A stretch of DNA of 64,000 bases from Myxococcota bacterium (GCA_044344255.1 JBIJDH010000008.1:212640-276639), one strand, 5' to 3'. Positions 35,892 through 45,897 are shown, counted from the stretch's first letter. The notes: generated by a model from the letters alone, not told the origin. Made by a program: numbers and translations.

Positions 35892-37973
35892 TCACTCCTC
35901 CTCGACGCAGGCCCCCGCGAGGTCCATGTTCCAACCCGCGAAGGGCCGAGCCTGCTTGATGAAGAGCTGGGGCTCCCCCGGCACGTACTTGTCGTCGAAC
36001 TTCCAGTCCACCTCGAGGGCGTACCAGTCCCCGTCGCCGCCATAGGCCTCCTGGAAGAAGCTGTGGATGGAGTCGAGCGCCACACCGAGCTCATAGGCCT
36101 CCTCGTTCGTGAGCACCGTCTCCCCCTCCGCGACGAGGGAGCTGTGCTGGATGTAGACGATCGGCTGGCCCGGATAATAGAAGTAGTGGAGATAGGCGTC
36201 GGGGAGGAGGCCGAGCTCCGGGGTGACCACGTCCTCGCCGCCCACCTGCGCGTTGACATAGAAGGCAGGCTCGAGGCCGGAGGTGTCATAGGGGTTGTTG
36301 GTCAGCGCCACCCCGTTGGACTCCTCCTCCGGGAAATTCGGGTGGACGAGGAGGCCCATCCCGACGTCGAGGTGGTTCATCGAGTAATAGTCCCGCTCCT
36401 CATAGGCGCGGGGGTTCCAGACTTGGGACCACACCTTCTTCACCGCCCACTCGATGGAGTCCGAGCCGTCGCCTGCGATGTCGGGGTCACCCGTCTCGGA
36501 ATTGTAGAGGCCGGCGCCGGTGAAGGCACCGAGGTCCTCTGAGTTTGTGCTGGAGCGGAAGCGGGCGTCCTCCCCCGGAAACATCTCCACGGCCTTGGCG
36601 CGGATGAGCTCGACCACCTCGGGGCGCATCGGCATGTCGCGGAGCTCGTCCTTGAAGTCCTCAAGGGCCTGGGTGCGATAATCGGGATCGGCCCACTCCG
36701 GGGAGGCCATCATCTCTTCGATGTGCACCCACAGCCCGTTGTCGGTCATGAACTGGTCGTAGTAGTACATCGGGATGGCGAAGCCCGGCTGCACCGGGAT
36801 GGGCGACCCGAGCGCGGCGGCGTCCTCCAGGGCGCCATAGTTGGTGGCCTTGGCCCCGAAGATCGGGATGGCGCCCGAGATCGCCTCGCCGAGCGGGAGG
36901 GCGTCGAGGTCGAGGATGTCGACGTTGTCGCGCAGGTCGGTGACGCTGAGGTCCATCGGCTGCACGACGAGGGGCTCGGGGCGGTGGTCCAACCACCAGG
37001 CCTCAGCCTCCTCGGCGCTGATCTCCTTGATCTCCCAGTCGAAGGCGCCCACGGTGAGCTCGACCCACTTGCCCTCGAGGGCCTGGAGCTCCGCCGCCGC
37101 CTGTGCGTCTCTCAGGGCCATGTTGGGCGTGCCCCGGTTGACGGACAGCACGTTGATGTGGGCGAGCGGCGTCTGGAACTGGGCGGTGATGATGCCGGCG
37201 ACGATCGAGATGTCATTCGGGACCGCGTCGAGGACCACGACCTCCCGATAGGGCGTATAGCTGCCGTCCACCTCTTCGGCGGTGCGGAAGGAGAGGATGC
37301 CGGTGGTGGTGCCGAGGTTGAGCGGCTGATAATCCACTCCGGCGTAGAGCTCATCGGTGGAGACGAGCTTAACGTCGGCGGGGAGGTCGAGGGCCATCCG
37401 CTCCACCGCCTCGCTCGTGGGGTGGAAGCGCAGCTCCTCGCCCATCCAGGCGCTCGCGGCCACCCGGCGATAGGCCGCGGCGACCATGTCGGCGCTCGCG
37501 GTGTCATAGGGGGATATCTCATAGACCCACAGCCCCGGCCCCTCGTAGCGGGAGACGGCGCCGAGGAGGAAGCGACGGTCCGGGCTGTAATACTCGGTGG
37601 TGTTGAAGGTTCCGAGGTCGGGGACGATGGGGAGGCCGTCCCCCGAGAGGTGGGTCGAGCAGAAATCCCAGTGGACACAGTACCGTTTCGAGTTCTGAAA
37701 ATAGAGCGCGTCTCCGTCCAGGCGATCGATGACGGTCTTGACCGAGGTGGCGCCGGGGATGCTCGAGTCTGCGGGCTCGCTCGACAGGGCGAGGTAGTCT
37801 GCCTCACAGCCGAGCTGCTGGGCGAAGTCGGGATCGGCGCCCTCGGGGATGAGGCAGTCCCAGCCCGGGACGGCGCTGTCATCGGCGGGGGTGGAGCCGC
37901 CGCCCTTCGGGCCGGGCGGATCATCCCCACACGCAGAGACAGACAGCACAACCAGGATCGCGAGACGAGTCAT
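35892..37973 (-). CDS. Lipoprotein with PEP/pyruvate-binding (PPDK_N, ATP-grasp) domain
   Basis: MTRLAILVVLSVSAC lipobox; FGAKATNYG, GFAIP, RFRSSTNSEDL..FTGAGLY, VKKVWSQ, EVDWK, IKQARP. Confidence 0.83.
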   Translation of the reverse strand: MTRLAILVVLSVSACGDDPPGPKGGGSTPADDSAVPGWDCLIPEGADPDFAQQLGCEADYLALSSEPADSSIPGATSVKTVIDRLDGDALYFQNSKRYCVHWDFCSTHLSGDGLPIVPDLGTFNTTEYYSPDRRFLLGAVSRYEGPGLWVYEISPYDTASADMVAAAYRRVAASAWMGEELRFHPTSEAVERMALDLPADVKLVSTDELYAGVDYQPLNLGTTTGILSFRTAEEVDGSYTPYREVVVLDAVPNDISIVAGIITAQFQTPLAHINVLSVNRGTPNMALRDAQAAAELQALEGKWVELTVGAFDWEIKEISAEEAEAWWLDHRPEPLVVQPMDLSVTDLRDNVDILDLDALPLGEAISGAIPIFGAKATNYGALEDAAALGSPIPVQPGFAIPMYYYDQFMTDNGLWVHIEEMMASPEWADPDYRTQALEDFKDELRDMPMRPEVVELIRAKAVEMFPGEDARFRSSTNSEDLGAFTGAGLYNSETGDPDIAGDGSDSIEWAVKKVWSQVWNPRAYEERDYYSMNHLDVGMGLLVHPNFPEEESNGVALTNNPYDTSGLEPAFYVNAQVGGEDVVTPELGLLPDAYLHYFYYPGQPIVYIQHSSLVAEGETVLTNEEAYELGVALDSIHSFFQEAYGGDGDWYALEVDWKFDDKYVPGEPQLFIKQARPFAGWNMDLAGACVEEE

Positions 37974-38139
37974 CCACACCTCGACCCCGGGCGAACGGAC
38001 CAGGGCTCCGCTCCCAGTATGCCCCGGCAGGACCCAATATGCCTTGGCAGGCCGCCGCCCGAGCGCGATTTGAGGCCCCCGCGGCGACCTCGCGCGCCCC
38101 GGCTGGTTACCGGGCCGGCGCACGCCCCCGGGAGACCCG

Positions 38140-39465
38140 ATGTCCATCGCCCCCATCGACTGCGACCTGATCGTCCTCGGGCTGGGCACCGCCGGGGCGA
38201 TGGCGGCCTTCGCCGGGGCCCGCGCCGGGCTCCGCGTGCGGGCCTTCGAGCGGCGGCCCCTCGAGTCGGCAGGCGCCCGCTGGGTGAACGCGCTGCCAGC
38301 CGCCTCTTTCGACGAGGCCCGCCTCCCGCGCCCCGAGGCGCCCGAGCTCCGCGCCCTCGGCCACCGCTTCCACATGAAGGCCGGCTGGACGGGCCCCTCC
38401 CTGCCCCTCTCCGCCGATGGGCTGCTGGAGGTCGACATGCGGCTGCTGGTCGCCCGCCTCCATCACCTCGCCGTCGAAGCGGGGGCCCACCTCGCAGGCG
38501 GCGCGACGATCGAGGGCTGGCGCGTCGAGGAGGGCGCGGTCACGATCGACAGCCCCGAAGGGTCCATCCGAGGCCGCTTCCTCGTCGACGCGCGGGGCAT
38601 GGTGCACGGAGAGGGGGCCGTCCCCCGGGAGCTCATCTGCGCGGCCGCCCATGAGATCCGCGCCCTGACCGACCGGGCCCGCGCCGAGGCCTGGTTCCGC
38701 AGCCACGGCGTCACCCCGGGGGAGACCCTCTGCTTCACCGGCGTCGAAGGTGGCTTCTCCGTGCTCAATGTCCGCCTGGAGCTGGACACCGCGGAGGCCC
38801 TCGTGGGCGCGGGATCCATCTCGATCCTCACGGGCTCGATCCCCGGCCAGGGCCACCCCTCGGGCCGCCAGATGCTCGACCGCTTCGTGGCCGAGCACAA
38901 GGACTGGATAGGCCCCCTCCACTTCGGCGGGGCCCGACCGATCCCGCTCGGCCTGCCCCAGGCCTGCCTCGCCGAGGGGCCGGTGGCCCGCATCGGCGAC
39001 GCCGCAGGGCAGGTCTTCGCGATGCACGGCTCCGGCATCGGCGCCGGGCTCGTCGCCGCTGAGCTCCTCGCCACCACGCTCGCCCGCGGTGGTAGCCCCT
39101 GGGACTACAACGTCGCCTGGCAGCGCCGATACGGCGGCCTCTTCGCCGGCTCGGCCGTCTTCGCCGCCTGGAGCCGGGCCCTCCGCCCCGAAGACCTCGC
39201 GCGGCTCTTCGAGGCGGGCCTGATGAACCCCCACCTCGCGCGGATGGGGCTCCTCCAGCAGCCCGCCCGCCCGCGGCCGGCCGATCTCCCCGGCCTCGCC
39301 TTCGGCCTGCTGCGGGCCCCCGGGACCGCGGCGCGCCTCGCCCCCGCCCTGTTGGCGATGGAGCGACTCAACCTGCACGCCGGACGCTATCCGGGCGACC
39401 CCGCCGCGCTCCCGGCCTGGTCCGCCGCACGCGACCGCATCGCGGGCCTGCCAGCACAGGGATAG
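38140..39465 (+). CDS. FAD-dependent oxidoreductase (geranylgeranyl reductase-like)
   Basis: VLGLGTAGAMAA...FERR, VDARG, IGDAAGQV...HGSGIG. Confidence 0.85.
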   Translation: MSIAPIDCDLIVLGLGTAGAMAAFAGARAGLRVRAFERRPLESAGARWVNALPAASFDEARLPRPEAPELRALGHRFHMKAGWTGPSLPLSADGLLEVDMRLLVARLHHLAVEAGAHLAGGATIEGWRVEEGAVTIDSPEGSIRGRFLVDARGMVHGEGAVPRELICAAAHEIRALTDRARAEAWFRSHGVTPGETLCFTGVEGGFSVLNVRLELDTAEALVGAGSISILTGSIPGQGHPSGRQMLDRFVAEHKDWIGPLHFGGARPIPLGLPQACLAEGPVARIGDAAGQVFAMHGSGIGAGLVAAELLATTLARGGSPWDYNVAWQRRYGGLFAGSAVFAAWSRALRPEDLARLFEAGLMNPHLARMGLLQQPARPRPADLPGLAFGLLRAPGTAARLAPALLAMERLNLHAGRYPGDPAALPAWSAARDRIAGLPAQG

Positions 39466-39473
39466 ACCGCCCC

Positions 39474-40145
39474 ATGGCTACCAAAGTCCCCCCCATGCCC
39501 GATCGCGCCCTCCACCTCGCCGCCGAGGCCCTGCCGCTCTTCCCCTTGAGCGGAGTCGTCCTCCTGCCGAGCGCGGTGCTCCCATTGCACGTCTTCGAGC
39601 CCCGCTACCGCTCGCTCGTCGCCGATGTGATCGCCGCAGACGGCCTCTTCGCGATCCCACAGATCCGCCCGGACGACCTCGGGCTCGCCGATGGCACCCC
39701 CCGCCTGCTCTCGACCGCGGGCATGGGGCGCATCGTCCGCCACCAGATCTTGCCCGACGGGCGCAGCAACATCCTCGTGATGGGGCTGGCCCGCGTGAAG
39801 ATCCTCGACGAGCACCCCGCCGACCGCGCCTACCGCGTCGCCCGCGCCGTGGTCCGCCCCGACCTCTGCCCCCCCGAGGCCACGCTGCGGCGCCTCGTCG
39901 AGCAGGTGCGCTTCGCCGTGCACCGCGTCCTGCTCCGCCGCCTGCCCATCGGCCCCGAGCTCGTCGAGGCCGCCGCCCTCGACCAGGAGCCGGTGGCCCT
40001 GCTGCACACCGTCGCCAACCGCGCGCTCGGCGAGGCGGACTCCCGCCAGGCCTGGATCGAAGAGGACGACGTCCTCACGCGCGGTGAGCTGCTCCTCGGC
40101 GTGCTGACCGCGCTCGGCACCGAGACCACCGAGGCCGAGGCATGA
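39474..40145 (+). CDS. LON peptidase substrate-binding domain protein
   Basis: LPLFPL..VLLP...LPLHVFEPRYRSL, LPDGRSNI. Confidence 0.9.
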   Translation: MATKVPPMPDRALHLAAEALPLFPLSGVVLLPSAVLPLHVFEPRYRSLVADVIAADGLFAIPQIRPDDLGLADGTPRLLSTAGMGRIVRHQILPDGRSNILVMGLARVKILDEHPADRAYRVARAVVRPDLCPPEATLRRLVEQVRFAVHRVLLRRLPIGPELVEAAALDQEPVALLHTVANRALGEADSRQAWIEEDDVLTRGELLLGVLTALGTETTEAEA

Positions 40146-40831
40146 GCGCGCCGCTCCTCCTCCTCGCACTGGGGGCGGCCCTCGCGGAGGGCCCGCCGGC
40201 CCCACCCGCCCCGCCACCCGAAGCAGCCCCTTCGACCGCGCCCGCCGCGGTCGAGGGCGCCTGCGCGGCGCCGCTCAGCGCCTACATCGAGGAGGTGCAG
40301 AAGGCCGGCAACCGCGTCGCCTACTTGTGCCTCGCCACTCGCGACGACGCCGGCGCGGCGCTGCTTCAGGCCATCGACGCCCTCCCCGCCGACGCCGTCG
40401 GCGACGAGCGGCTCCAGCGGGCCCTCGCCGTGCACCTGCTCCCGCGCCTCGACCGCGCCCTCACCGTCCCCGAGGTGCGCGCCCTCGGGGCCGCCGACCG
40501 CCGCCTCCTCGCCGACGGCGTCCACGCGCGCCGAGGTCGCCGCTCGCCCTCCCCGGAGCACGAGCTGGTCTTCGGGCAGTTCGACTGGTACAGCCCGACC
40601 CCCTCCTTCAACAACGGGTCCCTGCAGCCGGTCGACCGCGAGAACATCAAGGCCCTCGACGACCCGCCTCGCCCGCCCAAGCCGCCCAAGGAGGGCGGCG
40701 CCGCCGACGCCATCGCCGCCGACGGGACCGCCGGCGGCGCGCCCACCCCCTGCTCCTGCACGACCGGAGGCGCCGCCGGCCTCGCCTGGCTCGGCCCCCT
40801 CCTCCTCCTGCTCGGGCTCCGACGCCGATGA
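40142..40831 (+). CDS. Secreted YARHG-like domain protein with MYXO-CTERM-like tail
   Basis: VHARRGR...FGQFDWYSP...L.PVDRENI resembles YARHG; CSCTTGG + hydrophobic stretch + RRR. Confidence 0.65.
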   Translation: MSAPLLLLALGAALAEGPPAPPAPPPEAAPSTAPAAVEGACAAPLSAYIEEVQKAGNRVAYLCLATRDDAGAALLQAIDALPADAVGDERLQRALAVHLLPRLDRALTVPEVRALGAADRRLLADGVHARRGRRSPSPEHELVFGQFDWYSPTPSFNNGSLQPVDRENIKALDDPPRPPKPPKEGGAADAIAADGTAGGAPTPCSCTTGGAAGLAWLGPLLLLLGLRRR

Positions 40832-42156
40832 GCGACGGCCCCACCGAGCGCCCTACCCTCGAGACCGACGTGCTCGTGGGGCCGCCCCGGCCAGGCCTGA
40901 TCTTCACCTGGGGGCCCGGCCCCGTCCGCGCTGGCGACCGCGCGCTGCGCTTCGAGGTGGTGACGGAGGGCGCCGGGGTCGGCCTCCTCGGGTGCACCGT
41001 CGAGGCCACGCCCGCGCCGGGGGCCGATCCCGACATCCTCCAGCCGAGCCGCCGCGGGCCGCTCCAGCGCCTCGGGTGGTCCGGTGGGGCCCTCGTCCCG
41101 ATCGGCGGCGTCGAGCCCGAGCTCCTCGCGGGCGCCCGCGCCTTCGTCGACTCCGCCCCGGGCCTCCTCGACGCCGCCCACCGCGTCGCCCTCTCGATCG
41201 GCGGCCCCAACCTCCTGCCCGCCCTGCGCGCCGGGGGATGGGGGCCCGGCCTCCTCCTGGCCCTCCATGACCTCGCCCCGCTCGAGCCCGAGCTCTTGCC
41301 CGAGCCCGGCGGCCTCTCCTGTCAGGTGGAGCCCCTCTTCTGTGTCAATCCGCGCTGCGACTGCCAGGACGCCCTGCTCGAGTGGGGAGCCCTCCAGGTG
41401 AGCGCCGACTCCGCGCTGATCGGCACCGTCACCGTCGACCTGCGGCGCCGGGTGGTCACCCACGTGGACGGCGCCGGCGCTCAGTCCCCGCGCCTCGAGC
41501 GCCTGTCCGCCGCCCTGCTCTCCGACCTCGGCGCCGTCGAGCGGCTCCGGCAGTGGCGCTCCCGGGCGCGCGCCGCGGTGCAGGCCGCCCTGTCCCCTCC
41601 CCTCCCGCCTCTCGCCGCGGGGCGAAACACGGCCTGTCCCTGTGGGAGCGGCAAAAAATACAAGGTCTGTTGCCTCGGCAAGCCGGTCGCGCCGCCCTCC
41701 ACCGTCGCGCGGATGGCCGCGGCGAGCCGCTCCCTCTCCGTCGCCCTCGGGCTGGACGGGACGGAGAGCGCCCTCGACCGCGCCCGCGCCACCCTCAGCC
41801 CGCGGGCCCTCACCGCCCTGTCTGGGCTCGGTCCCGCTGAGCTCGACCTCGAGCGCCGCCTCCGGCTCCGCGTCGGCAGCCCCTTTGACCCCTACGAGGT
41901 CGATGAACAGGGGCAGATCACGGACCTGCTCAGCGGCCGGCCCGAGGCTGTCGAGGTGGAGTCGCCCGTCCGCCCCGGCACCGCCTTCCTCGCCCAGCGG
42001 ATCGACCTCGACGGCGAGGTCACGCTCGAGGGCGTCGTGCCGGAGCTCGAGCTCACGCGCCTCTCGCCGCTGCTGGCCGCCCTCCGCGGCGCCTCCCGCC
42101 TCGGCCGACTGGCCCGCGGCCCCGCCCTGCTCGAGGCCCTCGGCGCCGCTGGCTGA
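40828..42156 (+). CDS. SEC-C motif-containing protein
   Basis: GRNTACPCGSGKKYKVCCL; additional FCVNPRCDC. Confidence 0.8.
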   Translation: MSDGPTERPTLETDVLVGPPRPGLIFTWGPGPVRAGDRALRFEVVTEGAGVGLLGCTVEATPAPGADPDILQPSRRGPLQRLGWSGGALVPIGGVEPELLAGARAFVDSAPGLLDAAHRVALSIGGPNLLPALRAGGWGPGLLLALHDLAPLEPELLPEPGGLSCQVEPLFCVNPRCDCQDALLEWGALQVSADSALIGTVTVDLRRRVVTHVDGAGAQSPRLERLSAALLSDLGAVERLRQWRSRARAAVQAALSPPLPPLAAGRNTACPCGSGKKYKVCCLGKPVAPPSTVARMAAASRSLSVALGLDGTESALDRARATLSPRALTALSGLGPAELDLERRLRLRVGSPFDPYEVDEQGQITDLLSGRPEAVEVESPVRPGTAFLAQRIDLDGEVTLEGVVPELELTRLSPLLAALRGASRLGRLARGPALLEALGAAG

Positions 42157-42231
42157 AGGGTCGAAGAAGGGTTCGAGCGGCGGGGCCCCCGGGTACAGCT
42201 CTCGCACCTCACCCGACCGCGGAGCTCCCCC

Positions 42232-43869
42232 ATGTTCATCCCCTCGGCCCTCATCGCCCTCGCCCTGTCCGTGCCCTCCGCGAACGCGGCGACGAGCGGC
42301 TACGTGCCGCGCGCCGTCCTGCTCGACCTCGAGCCCGGCGTGCTGGACGCGGTCCGCGTGTCCGTCATTGTCCCCTCCAATGACGGCACGGTGGCCGAGG
42401 TCTCCGCCGAGGTGCAGTCCGACGGCGGCGCGGAGACGGTGGCGCTCACCGAGTCCGACACCCGGCTCCACGGCGCCGCGCTCATCAAGGCCCTGCCCGC
42501 CAAGGAGGCCACCCTCTCCCTCACCGTCTACGATGTAGACAACGCGGTGCTCGCCTCCTTCACCGCCACGCTCAGCGCGACCGGCGCCCTCACCCGCATG
42601 AAGCGCGCCGACTTCTGCGGCACCGGCGACCCGACGACGACCGCCGACCTCTCCGGCTGCTCGAGCGGTGACGCCGACATCGAGACCCTGACCGCCGAGC
42701 TCTTCCCGGCCGAGGGTGGCGGCTGGGACGTCGCCGTCGACCTCCACGGCGCCGACACCTACGACATCGCCTACGCCGACGTCACGCTCACCGAAAGCGA
42801 GAAGACCACCACCACCGCAGAGGTGGGCTGGGACACGCTCGACGCGGTGTGGGAGGGCGCGCTCACCGTCGCGCACGAGGGCCTCATCGAGGTCAAGGCC
42901 AAGACCTATGACGCCGACGGCAAGAAGCTCGGCGCCGCCAAGGTCAAGCTCGGTAGCCCTTGGCAAGACGGCGGAGCCGGTGCCCCCACGCTCGCCACCG
43001 ACGAAGACCCGCTCACCCGCGTCGCCCTGCTCAGCGACGAGGTCAACAACAACGGCACGAGGGGCTTCTTCGTCGTCTCCGACGGCTGGTCGGTCACCGA
43101 CACCCTGCCGATCGACGCCGAGGTCGATCTGGAGGGCGGAGAGACCCTCACCCTCCCCGTCAACAGCTATCAGGTGGCGGCCCTCGCGGTGCCCTCTCTC
43201 AAGGTCGAGCTTGAGGCCATCGTCATCACCCACCTGAAGGTGAACATCAACGGCGGCACCCTCACGCTGGACGGCTCCTCGGCCCTCTCCCTTGCGTCCC
43301 TCTCCTCCCCGGTCTGTGCCAACGGCACCTGCGTGGCGCTCCGAGAGGACAGCCTCGGCGGCTACGCCCTGTCCGTCACGGCCTACTCCAGCAAGGCCTC
43401 TGCGCTGCCGAAAGACACGAAGGTGGGCATCACCGCCCTCGACAGGGGGGGCAAGGAGGTCGCCTCCGACACGGTGGCGGTGACCTTCGAGGATGACGTC
43501 ACCGTCGTCTTCGCCAATGAGGTGAGCCTCGCCGCCGATCCGGTCGGCCTGGGCCTCTCCGGGGTGGTCCGCCTCCTCGGCGCGCCCAACAAGAAGGGCA
43601 AACAAGCCACGCTGAGCAAGGGTGCGTTCTACGGGTCGCTCACCCGCGACGCCGACGGCGAGCTCGCGCTCTCCGGCGCCGACAAGGACGAGGTGCAGTC
43701 GAAGGGGGACATCCTCATCGGCGGAGAGCCCATCGACTTCGAGCTCACCGACACGAACAAGGACGGCGTCATCGAGGCGCCCCCGGTCATCCAGCTCCTG
43801 ACCAGCGGCAACGGCAAGGGCACGCGTGCGGTGACGACGACGAGCACAGTCAATCCTGGGCTGCTGTAA
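42232..43869 (+). CDS. Secreted beta-rich hypothetical protein with an N-terminal tubulin-like peptide
   Basis: Signal peptide ending ANA; GGAG RBS; strong host codon bias; YVPRAVLLDLEPGVLDAVR directly after the signal. Confidence 0.75.
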   Translation: MFIPSALIALALSVPSANAATSGYVPRAVLLDLEPGVLDAVRVSVIVPSNDGTVAEVSAEVQSDGGAETVALTESDTRLHGAALIKALPAKEATLSLTVYDVDNAVLASFTATLSATGALTRMKRADFCGTGDPTTTADLSGCSSGDADIETLTAELFPAEGGGWDVAVDLHGADTYDIAYADVTLTESEKTTTTAEVGWDTLDAVWEGALTVAHEGLIEVKAKTYDADGKKLGAAKVKLGSPWQDGGAGAPTLATDEDPLTRVALLSDEVNNNGTRGFFVVSDGWSVTDTLPIDAEVDLEGGETLTLPVNSYQVAALAVPSLKVELEAIVITHLKVNINGGTLTLDGSSALSLASLSSPVCANGTCVALREDSLGGYALSVTAYSSKASALPKDTKVGITALDRGGKEVASDTVAVTFEDDVTVVFANEVSLAADPVGLGLSGVVRLLGAPNKKGKQATLSKGAFYGSLTRDADGELALSGADKDEVQSKGDILIGGEPIDFELTDTNKDGVIEAPPVIQLLTSGNGKGTRAVTTTSTVNPGLL

Positions 43870-44044
43870 CCAAGGGGAGGCGCCGCTGGGCCGCCCGACA
43901 CAGCGGGGAGGGTGAGCCCACACAGGCCACCGGAACGCCAGGAGACTTCTACGGCTCCGTAGCGCCTCCATTCAAAGGCATACCGGTTGCGTTAATCTCC
44001 TTTTGGCTCATCGACGCCTTCTTCGACGGTTGGAGCGTTTGAAC

Positions 44045-44060
44045 TGGCACGATAGTTGCA
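44045..44060 (+). promoter_or_regulatory. Sigma54 (-24/-12) promoter
   Basis: TGGCACG-ATAG-TTGCA matches TGGCACG-N4-TTGCW, 54 bp upstream of ATG 44114. Confidence 0.82.
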
Positions 44061-44113
44061 ACCCTATCCCGTACGCAGGCCATCCGGTCTGCGCACACCC
44101 AAAGGGGTACAAA

Positions 44114-44569
44114 ATGCGTACCTTCCTTGCCCTGACCGTTATCACCGCTCTGTTCACCTCCTCTGCTTGGGCGGGAGACACCGCAGGCCACACCGTCACC
44201 GTCACCGTCGTACCCGTCAATGAGGTTGCGATCACCGGTGGGAACGTGAGCCTCAACATCGGCTCGACTTATGCGGCGGCCGACGCCACCACCGCGGACC
44301 TCACTTGGTCCACGAATGAGTCCGACAAGAAGATCACGGTGGCCTCGAGCCTCGCGACGATCGTCTACCCCCTGGTCGTCGTCGCGACCGGTGTGACGGG
44401 CGGCACCGCGGCCAGCGCCGTGACGCTCAGCACCGCCGCGCAGGACCTCGTCACCGGGATCTCCCTGACGGACGGCACCGCCAACCTGAGCTACAGCGCG
44501 ACGACCACCGCTGGCGACGGTGTCGGCGTGGAGGCGCACACCGTGACCTACACGATCCTCGCCGAGTAA
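44114..44569 (+). CDS. Small secreted Thr/Ala-rich protein, putative major fimbrial/pilin subunit
   Basis: Signal ending AWA; HTVTVTVVPVNEVAI; C-terminal TVTYTI; first gene of the operon. Confidence 0.62.
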   Translation: MRTFLALTVITALFTSSAWAGDTAGHTVTVTVVPVNEVAITGGNVSLNIGSTYAAADATTADLTWSTNESDKKITVASSLATIVYPLVVVATGVTGGTAASAVTLSTAAQDLVTGISLTDGTANLSYSATTTAGDGVGVEAHTVTYTILAE

Positions 44570-45105
44570 TGAAGCACGCTGGAATGAAGCAGGTGACGTC
44601 AGGCGGATCACGTAACTTCACACTGCTTAACTTCACACTGCTGGCCGCTCTTGGGTGCGCGACATTCGCCCCAAGAGCGGCTTCAGCGATGGACATCGAC
44701 CTATCCGGCGCGTGGAGCGTCCTGGTCAATGCCTCCGACCTCCAATCTGGAGCCGGGAGCGGGCTTCAGGGCACGATTCAGAGCGCGACCTCCGAGGTCA
44801 CCCTCGATGTCTCGCTCACCGCCGGAAGCACTGACCATTGGCGGGTCGAGGTTCGTCGGACGAACAGCGTCTGGAACAGCGCGATGCACATGTGGGTGCG
44901 TCGCACGGGAGTGGGCAGCGGCCTGGGATCTGTAGCGGAAGGAACGTCTTGGGTGGAGGTGACAAGCACCAATGCAGCCTTCTTCGAAGGCGAGGGCAAT
45001 CGGAGCGGCGTCCCCATTGAGATCCGACTCACGGGTCTCTCCCTGTCTGTGGCCCCCGATGCCTACCTCACAACGATTCAGTACACCCTCATCGACACCC
45101 TGTGA
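44569..45105 (+). CDS. Small secreted protein, putative minor fimbrial subunit (start uncertain)
   Basis: Signal-like N-terminus; beta-rich; C-terminal YLTTIQYTL. Confidence 0.55.
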   Translation: MKHAGMKQVTSGGSRNFTLLNFTLLAALGCATFAPRAASAMDIDLSGAWSVLVNASDLQSGAGSGLQGTIQSATSEVTLDVSLTAGSTDHWRVEVRRTNSVWNSAMHMWVRRTGVGSGLGSVAEGTSWVEVTSTNAAFFEGEGNRSGVPIEIRLTGLSLSVAPDAYLTTIQYTLIDTL

Positions 45106-45108
45106 CCC

Positions 45109-45897
45109 ATGACCACCCTCTTCCTGCTCTTCTCGATGCTCGCCGCACTCGCGGGCGAGATCAGCGTGATCGGTAGCCTCTCCCGGGAGGCGACGCTCCA
45201 GCCCGGGGGGAAGTCGGAGGGCACGATCCTGGTACGAAACAATGGTGACGAAGCCAGGGTCGTCATCGTTCACTTGTCCGACTATCAGTTCAGCGCCGAC
45301 GGTCAGAGCGACTACACGGCACCCGGGACCCTCCCGCGCTCCAACAGCAGCTGGATCCTGTTCAGCCCTGAACAGGCCACGATCGCGCCCCACGCGACGG
45401 CCTCGTTCTACTACTCCGTGCAGGCGCCTCCCGACCCCACCCTCCAAGGCACCTACTGGAGCCTGCTCCTCGCCGAAGCCCCCGCGGAGCCCGCGACCGT
45501 CGGCGCCGATCCAATGACCCGAGGCGTCCAGGTGCGCACGGTCATCCGCTACGGCATCGCGATCATCACCGAGGTGGGCCTCCCGGCCCCCGGGAAGCTC
45601 GTCTTCGAGCGCGGAGCGGTTGCGAGAGAGGACGGGAAGACCGTCCTGACGCTCGACATCGGAAATCCGAGCATCTACCAGCTCTCGCCCCAGGTGTGGA
45701 TGGACGTGTTCGACGCCGACGGTGTCAACCTGGGGCGCTTCCGCGCCAATCGGCGACCCCGCCTGCTCCCAGGCTGCTCCGCCCGTTATGCAATTGATCT
45801 CAGCAGCCTCCCGCCGGGGATGTACAGCGGCTTGGCCATCGCCGATGCCGGGTCCGACCAGGTCTTCGGCTCAGAATATACCTTGGACACGCGGTGA
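45109..45897 (+). CDS. Putative periplasmic chaperone-like two-Ig-domain protein
   Basis: GTILVRNNG, DY, SWI, GTYWSLL, RYGIAI, IGN, LLPG pattern typical of PapD-like / DUF916-like proteins. Confidence 0.6.
   Translation: MTTLFLLFSMLAALAGEISVIGSLSREATLQPGGKSEGTILVRNNGDEARVVIVHLSDYQFSADGQSDYTAPGTLPRSNSSWILFSPEQATIAPHATASFYYSVQAPPDPTLQGTYWSLLLAEAPAEPATVGADPMTRGVQVRTVIRYGIAIITEVGLPAPGKLVFERGAVAREDGKTVLTLDIGNPSIYQLSPQVWMDVFDADGVNLGRFRANRRPRLLPGCSARYAIDLSSLPPGMYSGLAIADAGSDQVFGSEYTLDTR

Noticed and set aside
42232..43869. Bona fide bacterial tubulin/FtsZ
   Set aside because: Similarity is limited to ~19 aa; no GGGTGSG; the protein has a signal peptide and is beta-rich
40366..43971. 1201-aa minus-strand ORF
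   Set aside because: Shadow of three plus-strand genes that have signal peptides or motifs
44613..44642. 15-bp tandem duplication taacttcacactgct x2
   Set aside because: In-frame two-copy duplication in a signal-peptide region; no evidence of function
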